64,000 nt of DNA, from the NCBI GenBank assembly GCA_965223345.1, contig CBDCWG010000012.1, forward strand, positions 1,760,001 to 1,824,000, given 5' to 3'. The first letter of the stretch is position 1. Each line of letters starts with the position of its first letter. The translations under genes and the position numbers were made by a program. The notes beneath the pieces are model-generated. The model searched no databases. It saw only the letters and a program-made list of their open reading frames with translations, and had not been told where the DNA came from. The DNA is from Nitrospinales bacterium. Its GTDB lineage: Bacteria; Nitrospinota; Nitrospinia; Nitrospinales; VA-1. Shown here piece by piece: positions 42,040-49,223 of the stretch.

Positions 42040-42295
42040 TCCCTCACCCAGCCCCTTCATCCTTCGACAGGCTCAGGATGACACGGGGACTGCCCTCTCC
42101 CTCCAGGGGAGGTCAAGCAAAGCTTGACGACCTTCCTTATAAGTCCTTTTAATGAGGGAGTGCGGGACTTGCTCCCGCCACCCGCTTATCAAAAACTGAA
42201 GGTAGCTTGAAGGATTTTCTTTCTTTCTTTGCGTCTTTGCGCGAGGCCCGCTTTTATCCTGCCTTGATCCTGTCAATCCCGTCCAATGCTTTTTC
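42040..42295 (-). repeat. Modular intergenic repeat block 3 (inverted relative to block 2)
   Basis: Reverse complement carries GACAGGAT, CCTCGCGCAAAGACGC, TCAAGCTACCT, GACCTCCCCTGGAGG, TGTCATCCTGAGCCTGTCGAAGGATGA, GGGCTGGGTGAGGG. Confidence 0.82.
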
Positions 42296-42306
42296 TTTTA
42301 CGTTCT

Positions 42307-43761
42307 TCAAAGCTCCGGGCTTTGGGTATGAAACCCCGTTTTCTGCTGGAAGGCGTGACCGGCGGCGAGCAGGGTTTCCTCGTCGAAGTGGCGGCCCATG
42401 AGCTGGAAGCCGATGGGCAGTTTCTTCTCTTGCGAAAAGCCGCAGGGCAGGGCGAGGCCGGGGATGCCGGCGAGATTGGCGGAGATGGTGTAGATGTCGG
42501 ACAGGTACATCTGTAAGGGATCGTCGAGCTTCTCGCCCAGCTTGAACGCCGGCACCGGGCACACGGGGGCGGCGATCAGGTCGCTCTGTTTGTAGGCTTC
42601 CTCGAAATCGTGCTTGATCAGCGTGCGCACTTTCTGTCCCTTGAGATAATACGCGTCGTAGTAGCCCGAGCTGAGCACGAAGGTGCCGAGCATGATGCGG
42701 CGCTTCACTTCCTCCCCGAACCCTTCTTCCCGCGTGTTCATGTACATTTCCATGAGGTTCGCCGACTGTTCGGAGCGGTAGCCGTACTTCACGCCGTCGT
42801 AGCGCGACAGGTTGGTGCTGGCTTCGGCGCAGGCCAGGATGTAATAGGTGGCCACGGCGTACTGCGTGTGCGGCAACGACACTTCGACGCGCTGCATGCC
42901 GAGCGATTCCAGAGTCTGGATGGCCTGCTCGACCGCTTGCGCCACATCGGGCGCGAGCCCGCCTGCGAAATATTCTTTGGGCACGCCGATCTTGAGGCCG
43001 CTCACGTCTTTATCCAGCGCCTGCATGAAATCGGGCTTCGGCACTTCGGCGGAGGTGGAGTCGCGCGGGTCGTGCCCGGCGATCACGTTCATCAAGAGCG
43101 CCGCATCGGCGACGGTCTTGGTCATCGGGCCGATCTGATCGAGCGAGGAGGCGAAGGCCACCAGGCCGAAGCGCGACACGCGGCCGTAGGTCGGTTTGAG
43201 TCCGGTGACGCCGCAGAACCCCGCAGGCTGACGGATCGAGCCGCCGGTGTCGCTGCCCAGCGCCGCCAGGCATTCGTGCGCGGCCACCGCGGCCGCCGAG
43301 CCGCCGCTGGAGCCGCCGGGAACGTGCTCGGGGTTCCAGGGGTTGGCGGTCTTGTGGTGCCAGGCGTTCTCGTTGGAGGAGCCCATGGCGAACTCGTCCA
43401 TGTTGGTTTTGCCGACGATCACGGCGCCCGCCGCTTTCAGGCGCGCTGTCACGGTGGCGTCGTAGGGGGAGACGAAGTTGTCGAGGATTTTCGAGGCGCA
43501 GGTGGTGCGTGCGCCCTGCATGCAGATCAGGTCCTTGAGCGCGATGGGCACGCCGAGCAGCGGCGCGTCCTCACCGGCGGCGATCCTGCGGTCGGCTTGT
43601 TTCGCTTGCTCAAGCGCCAGATCGCGCGTCAGGTGCACGTAGGCCTGCACGGTTTTCTCCACCGCGTCGATGCGCTCGAACACGGCGCGCGTCAGGTCTT
43701 CCGAGCTGTAGCGGCGGTTTTTGAGGTCGTCTTTCGCCTGCAAGAGTGTGGCCCGGTGCAT
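42307..43761 (-). CDS. gatA: Asp/Glu-tRNA amidotransferase subunit A
   Basis: [43 protein letters not shown]. Confidence 0.97.
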   Translation of the reverse strand: MHRATLLQAKDDLKNRRYSSEDLTRAVFERIDAVEKTVQAYVHLTRDLALEQAKQADRRIAAGEDAPLLGVPIALKDLICMQGARTTCASKILDNFVSPYDATVTARLKAAGAVIVGKTNMDEFAMGSSNENAWHHKTANPWNPEHVPGGSSGGSAAAVAAHECLAALGSDTGGSIRQPAGFCGVTGLKPTYGRVSRFGLVAFASSLDQIGPMTKTVADAALLMNVIAGHDPRDSTSAEVPKPDFMQALDKDVSGLKIGVPKEYFAGGLAPDVAQAVEQAIQTLESLGMQRVEVSLPHTQYAVATYYILACAEASTNLSRYDGVKYGYRSEQSANLMEMYMNTREEGFGEEVKRRIMLGTFVLSSGYYDAYYLKGQKVRTLIKHDFEEAYKQSDLIAAPVCPVPAFKLGEKLDDPLQMYLSDIYTISANLAGIPGLALPCGFSQEKKLPIGFQLMGRHFDEETLLAAGHAFQQKTGFHTQSPEL

Positions 43762-43762
43762 G

Positions 43763-44047
43763 TCAGATGATCTTGGGGACTTCGTAATGCCGCTTTTTCT
43801 GCGCCGGGGCGAGATCGAGCAGGTCCTGGTTTGGAAAAGCGCCGGGGTCGGGCGCATCTTCGCGGAACACGTTCTTAATGGGGATCACGTGCGAGGTGGG
43901 TTCCACATTATCGGTGTCCAGCTTGTTGAGCTGGTCGATGTAATCGATGATGGTTTCCAGATGGCCGCCGAGCCGCTGCTTTTCCGCATCCGTCAGCTTG
44001 AGCCGGGCCAGGGCGGCGATGTGGTCGATGTCGAATTTTCCGGACAC
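43763..44047 (-). CDS. gatC: Asp/Glu-tRNA amidotransferase subunit C
   Basis: [27 protein letters not shown]. Confidence 0.95.
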   Translation of the reverse strand: MSGKFDIDHIAALARLKLTDAEKQRLGGHLETIIDYIDQLNKLDTDNVEPTSHVIPIKNVFREDAPDPGAFPNQDLLDLAPAQKKRHYEVPKII

Positions 44048-44110
44048 GCTGTGTCTCCCCAGCCGGGCCGCACCCGGTTTGATATGTGGACGATGTGACG
44101 CAGGGATTGC

Positions 44111-44332
44111 TCAGGATTCCTCGGTTTTGCGTTCCTTCTTGGGCTTCTTCCTCAGCTCCATGTCTTTATCGAATTTGATCAGCCTGCTGGATTTGCGCGT
44201 CAGCCGCTTGTACTTTTTCTTCAGCGCCCGCACTTCCGGGCTGTTTTTCGCGTCCTCGGCCTTTTTGAGCCCTTCCTCCAGAGCCGATTTCGATTTTTCG
44301 ATGTGTTTCTTCAGCTGCTCTACGGTCGCCAT
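44111..44332 (-). CDS. Small Lys-rich hypothetical protein
   Basis: AAAGG RBS; helical basic 73-aa ORF. Confidence 0.65.
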   Translation of the reverse strand: MATVEQLKKHIEKSKSALEEGLKKAEDAKNSPEVRALKKKYKRLTRKSSRLIKFDKDMELRKKPKKERKTEES

Positions 44333-44494
44333 GGGCACCTTTCCTAAAGAGGATTGAAAACTCACCTGTATAGCAGATTTGCCGGCAATCCTCAAGCCCC
44401 CGGGCCCCGCCCGGAGGGAATGGGGCCGGGCTCAAATGGCTTTTGTCCGTTGCTGGGCATGCAGCCGCAGGTTTCAGGCTGCATTCCAGTGCGG

Positions 44495-45079
44495 TTATCG
44501 GGGCGAAACCCAGACCTTGTCCCGCCAGTTGCCGCCCGCGTTGGGGTTGTAGATCATGCCCGTGCCGGTGTTGGGGTTGCGGTGGCTCCAGGAGCCGTCG
44601 CCGTGAAACTCGGTGGTGCCGCCGCCGGGGCTGTTCTGGATGTTGGCCTGGCCCGCGCCGCTGATGCGACCCTGCGGCGGGCTGCCCACGCGCCCCCAAA
44701 GGCCGCTGGCCTCATCCAGCCAGTAGTTGCCGCTGGCCACGGTGAGACCGGTGGAGGTCTCGATATCGCGGATTTCCTGCACGGAGAGCCGCTTGCCGTT
44801 GACGATGACCTCGCGCGTGGCCGGTGTCTTGCCTTTCGGCATCACCGCATTGGCGATGCGGCTCCAGCGCCCGGTGGCGGGGTCCCACCAGTAATCGCCA
44901 CTCTGCACCTGCGTTCCCCGCAGCTTATCGAGCTGCACGATTTCCTCCTGGCTCATGCGCACCCCGTTGATGGAGATGCTGCGCTCATCGGCGAAGGCGC
45001 TGGCCTGGATACATATGAATAGCGCACCCGCACCCGCCAGTGAAACGACGGTTTTTTCCCAGATCGATGTGGTTTTCAT
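44495..45079 (-). CDS. Exported protein with two tandem NG...G-YW-D---G-W repeats
   Basis: Signal peptide (AFA-D); internal duplication visible in the translation. Confidence 0.8.
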   Translation of the reverse strand: MKTTSIWEKTVVSLAGAGALFICIQASAFADERSISINGVRMSQEEIVQLDKLRGTQVQSGDYWWDPATGRWSRIANAVMPKGKTPATREVIVNGKRLSVQEIRDIETSTGLTVASGNYWLDEASGLWGRVGSPPQGRISGAGQANIQNSPGGGTTEFHGDGSWSHRNPNTGTGMIYNPNAGGNWRDKVWVSPR

Positions 45080-45195
45080 GGTTTCCCCCTTTGAACTTGA
45101 TTTAAGAATTGTACCCCGACCCGGCAAAATCGCAGGTATTTTTTTGCCGGGCGAGGAAGGCGAAAGCCTTCCATAACCACTTGAATTATTTGTTA

Positions 45196-45789
45196 TTAAA
45201 TTGATTTTTGCGTGGCGGTGGGGCCGGGGAGGGCGTTTTTTATCAGGGGCTGTGCGGCTTCCTTGGCCTGGGCGGCGGACACGGGCGAGCGGTGGATTTT
45301 GGCCATGCTGACCGCCCCTTCGAGAAGCAGCACCAGTTGCTGCGCCAGTCGATCGGGGTTTTGCGCGCCGGCCTCGGCCGCCAGCTTTGTGATGAAGCCG
45401 AAAACCGATTTTTTCGATTCTTTGCAGGTCTGGCGGATGGCCGTGTCGGCTTCCGGGTATTCGCCGGCCGCGCCGACAAACAGGCAGCCGTGAAAGTCGT
45501 CCTGGCGGAACCAGTCTTCGGCGACGTCGAACAGGGCGCTCAAGCGCTGCACGGGGTCGGGGGTCTTGGCCTCCACGGCGCGCATGAAATGGTTGCGGAA
45601 ACGCTCGTCGTAATAGCGCAGCACCGCGAGGATCAGCTCTTCCTTGGATTTGAAGTGGTTGTACAGCGTCTTTTTGGCCACTCCGGACTGTTCCAGGATG
45701 GTGTCGATGCCCACAGCGTGAAAGCCCTGGCGGGCGAACAGCTTCAACGCGGTTTCGATCAATTGTTCCCGTTTCGATGAAGTGGTCAT
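45196..45789 (-). CDS. TetR/AcrR family regulator with GCLF Cys
   Basis: HTH GVAKKTLYNHFKSKEEL; FHGCLF. Confidence 0.93.
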   Translation of the reverse strand: MTTSSKREQLIETALKLFARQGFHAVGIDTILEQSGVAKKTLYNHFKSKEELILAVLRYYDERFRNHFMRAVEAKTPDPVQRLSALFDVAEDWFRQDDFHGCLFVGAAGEYPEADTAIRQTCKESKKSVFGFITKLAAEAGAQNPDRLAQQLVLLLEGAVSMAKIHRSPVSAAQAKEAAQPLIKNALPGPTATQKSI

Positions 45790-45811
45790 GGGAGTTCCGT
45801 GGCAGATAGAT

Positions 45812-45829
45812 ATATACAATATTGTATAT
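45812..45829. promoter_or_regulatory. Perfect 18-bp palindrome just upstream of tetR
   Basis: ATATACAATATTGTATAT. Confidence 0.5.
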
Positions 45830-45959
45830 TATTTTTTCGATTTAAAACTGAAAAAAACTTTCAATTAAATTCCCGCATTTTCGCCATTTGTGTAAATAAA
45901 ATAAATAAAAACAATATTATATTGCGTTTTTGCCGCTTTGTAAGGAATCGGGATTTTGG

Positions 45960-45975
45960 TAGACAGATCTGTGTA
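45960..45975. promoter_or_regulatory. Candidate TetR operator
   Basis: TAGACAGATCTGTGTA, near-perfect palindrome resembling the NemR-type TAGAC...GTCTA box. Confidence 0.6.
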
Positions 45976-46036
45976 TTTATTTTGTGGGATTCCCACTTTC
46001 ACACAAATCTCATTCACCGAACAAAAGGAGTCAACA

Positions 46037-46510
46037 ATGCAATCCCTGTTTCGCAGCAAAGCCTATGTGTACGCCGTCGCCACCTTTCTCTCAATCGTGA
46101 TGGCGCAGCAGGTGCATGCCCACAGCGCCCACAGCCAGGCCCACGTGGCCATCGGCGGATACGACCCGGTCGCTTATTTTGAAGCCGGCAGGCCCACTCC
46201 CGGCACCGGCCACCACACGGCGACCCACAACGGCGCCACCTACCTGTTTGCCAGCAAGAAAAACCAGGAAACCTTTCAGGCCAATCCGCAGAAATACGCA
46301 CCGCAGTACGGCGGTTTCTGCGCCTACGGCGTTTCCGTCGGCAAGAAGTTCTACTCCGATCCGCAGCGCTGGAAGATCGTTGACGGCAAACTCTATCTGA
46401 ATCTCGACAAGAACATTCAGAAAAAGTTCAACGCCGATGTGGCCGGAGCCATCGCCAAGGCCGACGACCACTGGCAGCGCATCCAGGACAAGGCTCCCTC
46501 CGAGCTGTGA
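46037..46510 (+). CDS. YHS-domain (seleno)protein family, Cys form, exported
   Basis: GYDPVAYF, YAPQYGGFCAYGV, IVDGKLYLN. Confidence 0.88.
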   Translation: MQSLFRSKAYVYAVATFLSIVMAQQVHAHSAHSQAHVAIGGYDPVAYFEAGRPTPGTGHHTATHNGATYLFASKKNQETFQANPQKYAPQYGGFCAYGVSVGKKFYSDPQRWKIVDGKLYLNLDKNIQKKFNADVAGAIAKADDHWQRIQDKAPSEL

Positions 46511-46547
46511 TCTGAAGAGGCGAAGCCTGCAACCTGTGTCTGGAACC

Positions 46548-46588
46548 GAAGGGGAGCCGTGGTGGAGTGTAAAACCGCGGCTCCCTTC
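46548..46588 (+). other. Intra-operon GC-rich hairpin without U-tract
   Basis: GAAGGGGAGCCGTGGT / ACCGCGGCTCCCTTC. Confidence 0.55.
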
Positions 46589-46635
46589 ATACCCTCATCA
46601 TTCAAATCGCTTTTTAAAATCGAAAGGATAGCTCC

Positions 46636-47061
46636 ATGAACACACTGGGAATCAAACTGGCCTGGATGCTCTCGGCCACCTTTTTACTGGCAACGATCAT
46701 CGGCTTCATCCCCAACCCGCTGGTCGGCAGCGGCGCGCTGTTCGAGGCCAACACCGCGCACAACCTGGTGCATCTGGCGACTGCGATCGGTTTTGCCATC
46801 GTCGCCACGATGGGCAACCCCGCCTCCATCCATTTCATGCTGGGCTTCGGGGTGGTTTACCTGCTGGTCGGCGTCGCCGGCTTTTTTGTGACGGGTTTCA
46901 GCTCCGAAGGCATGCTGCTGGGATTCATCCACATCAACGCTCTGGATAACTTCCTGCATCTCGGTCTCGGCGTCGTGATCCTGATCAGCGGCCTGGTGGC
47001 CAAAAGCGCGGCCGATGCGTCTGGCGGCGTCAATGTCAACCCCACGCTGACGGCCCGTTGA
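46636..47061 (+). CDS. DUF4383-like membrane protein, copy 1
   Basis: NTAHNLVHL, FGVVYLLVG, NALDNFLHL. Confidence 0.8.
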   Translation: MNTLGIKLAWMLSATFLLATIIGFIPNPLVGSGALFEANTAHNLVHLATAIGFAIVATMGNPASIHFMLGFGVVYLLVGVAGFFVTGFSSEGMLLGFIHINALDNFLHLGLGVVILISGLVAKSAADASGGVNVNPTLTAR

Positions 47062-47097
47062 ACGGACCTTCATCCTGAAAACAGAAAGGAGAATGTC

Positions 47098-47706
47098 ATG
47101 AAAACCAGATTATCCATCCTGTTCCTGCTGGTGCTGGCGGCAGCGGGCACCGTGGTGTGGGCGGGAAACGATGCGATGAAACCGTTTGCGCCCAATGTCG
47201 ATTCGAAAACCGGCGCGATCCACGTGCCTGAGGACTACCGCTTGTGGGCCACGCTCGGCACCTGGTCGCACGCCAAGACCGAAGGCAAACCCGGCGCCAA
47301 GGAATACCACGTCGTCTACACCCAGCCGGAAACGATCGCCTACCATCAAAAGCACGGCCGCTATCCCGACGGGGCGGTGCTGGTGAAGGAGCTGATCGAA
47401 ACCGACACGATGCCGATGACCACGGGCGAGGCGGTGAGCCACGCGACCAAGGTCAAAGGCTGGTTCGTGCTGGTGCGGGACACGCAGGGCCGCTATCAGG
47501 AGTCCAAACTCTGGGGTGACGGCTGGGGCTGGTCGCTGTTCAATGCGGACGACCCCGTCAACACCGTCTCCACCGACTATCAGGCGGATTGCCTCGGCTG
47601 CCACCTGCCGGCGAGGGAGATGGCGCATCCCGATGCGGTGGATGCGGACAAATGGATCTATACGTTCGGCTATCCGGCGTTGCAAAAGTCGCAGCAGGAT
47701 GGATAA
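47098..47706 (+). CDS. Cytochrome P460 family protein
   Basis: Signal peptide; PEDYR.W, YPDGAVLVKE, GWGWSLF, C-terminal CLGCH. Confidence 0.87.
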   Translation: MKTRLSILFLLVLAAAGTVVWAGNDAMKPFAPNVDSKTGAIHVPEDYRLWATLGTWSHAKTEGKPGAKEYHVVYTQPETIAYHQKHGRYPDGAVLVKELIETDTMPMTTGEAVSHATKVKGWFVLVRDTQGRYQESKLWGDGWGWSLFNADDPVNTVSTDYQADCLGCHLPAREMAHPDAVDADKWIYTFGYPALQKSQQDG

Positions 47707-47785
47707 CGACGCAATGCAGGCGCGGCGGTGCTTCAACGCCCTCCGGAGCATCGCCCGCCTGATTTCAACTGGAAAGGAGCAGACC

Positions 47786-48211
47786 ATGCATACGCTGGGC
47801 ATCAAATCGGCCTGGATGTTTTCCGCGGCCTTCTTATCGGCCACGCTGTTCGGGTTTTTCGCCAACCCGCTGATAGGATCCGAAGGGATTTTTGTCACCA
47901 ACGGCGCGCACGATCTCGTGCATCTGGCCACCGCGGCGGGATTGGGGTTCGCGGCGCACAGGGGCAACCGCGCTGCCGTCAATGTTCTGCTGGGTCTGGG
48001 GATCGTGTACCAGATCACCGGCTTTACCGGGTCCTTTGAAACCGGTTTCAACTCGCAGGGGATGCTGTTGGGGTTCATCCACATCAACGATATGGGCAAT
48101 TACCTGCATCTCGGCGTGGGAATGGCCTTGCTCATCGTCGGTTATGCCGCCAAAATCATCGACGATGCGCCCTGCATCGAGGCCGAGCGGCCGCTGCCTG
48201 TCAGCCGCTGA
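47786..48211 (+). CDS. DUF4383-like membrane protein, copy 2
   Basis: Paralog of 46636-47061 (M.TLGIK.AWM, GMLLGFIHIN); AAAGGAG RBS. Confidence 0.8.
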   Translation: MHTLGIKSAWMFSAAFLSATLFGFFANPLIGSEGIFVTNGAHDLVHLATAAGLGFAAHRGNRAAVNVLLGLGIVYQITGFTGSFETGFNSQGMLLGFIHINDMGNYLHLGVGMALLIVGYAAKIIDDAPCIEAERPLPVSR

Positions 48212-48250
48212 TCGAGTCGGAAGACGAAATTATATAAAGGAGATCGCACA

Positions 48251-48448
48251 ATGCCGTATGTGAACGTGAAAATCACCAAAGGCGCGACAAAGGAACAGAA
48301 AACCCGGCTGGTGCAGGAAATCACCGCCACCCTGGCCGAGGTGCTCGACAAGAATCCCGAACACACGCACATCGTCATCGACGAAGTGGATGAGGACAAC
48401 TGGGGGTTTTCCGGAGTGCTGACGAGCGAGTACCGCAAGCAGACTTAA
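48251..48448 (+). CDS. 4-oxalocrotonate tautomerase family protein
   Basis: Pro-1 (MPYVNVKI), EQK, NWGFSG. Confidence 0.92.
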   Translation: MPYVNVKITKGATKEQKTRLVQEITATLAEVLDKNPEHTHIVIDEVDEDNWGFSGVLTSEYRKQT

Positions 48449-48451
48449 CGC

Positions 48452-48850
48452 TTATGCCGTTTTCCGGACTTTGCGGTGCCTTCGGGCGGCGACCCAGTCG
48501 TAGATGCGATCGCGCAGCGGCGCGGGGATTGCGATGAACGCGTAAAGCAACGATTCGAGGCCGCCGAGTGTGCGCAGGGCGCGCAGGATCGCCGTGGATT
48601 TGAAATAAGAGCGGCCGTTCTCCCACAACACGACGCTGTCGAGGTAATCTTTCGGCAGCCGGCTGTCGATCAGAATGCGTTTGCCGGTTTCCGATTGCAG
48701 CGGCGCGAGGGAAAGACGGCCCTTGTTATCGCGAGCGCGGAGGAAGCCCGCCCAGCCGTCGCACAGCCCGCAGCCGCCGTCGTACAGCAGTACCGGTCGT
48801 GCTTTCCTGGATTCCGCAGGCGCGGTCGTTTTGTTTTCATGCGGGCTCAT
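48452..48850 (-). CDS. DCC1-like thiol-disulfide oxidoreductase (DUF393)
   Basis: YDGGCGLC, APLQS, KSTA, RDRIYDWVA. Confidence 0.88.
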   Translation of the reverse strand: MSPHENKTTAPAESRKARPVLLYDGGCGLCDGWAGFLRARDNKGRLSLAPLQSETGKRILIDSRLPKDYLDSVVLWENGRSYFKSTAILRALRTLGGLESLLYAFIAIPAPLRDRIYDWVAARRHRKVRKTA

Positions 48851-49223
48851 TGTTTCCACTTTCCAGAGTGAATCGCTGCGCCCGCTTGCGGGCGTTTTTC
48901 GACTGGGTGGTGTCCTGAAATTCTAATACATATTTCCCTGCCGGGGATGAAAAACGCCCTGCCTGCCGGGGCGGTTTCATTGCCACTCCCACCCATCGCG
49001 CTTTGCCACCTTCCGCCTTCTCACTCAAGATAAATTCCCCTAAAGTTTGGCGCTCGCTTTTTCGTTGAGTTACGCATGGGCGTGAGAAAACTCCTGCCAA
49101 TGAACATGCAGAACTAAACCGAAACTCTGAAAGAATCACTTTAAGTCAGTCCTTTTTTGCGCTCGCTGCCTTTCACGCCGGGTCCTCGACCCGGTTTTTT
49201 CCACACCTTACAAGGATACGATC

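Noticed and set aside
39545..42295. Integron cassette array or classical composite transposon
   Set aside because: No recognisable attC core sites between cargo genes, no integrase or transposase, no target-site duplication found
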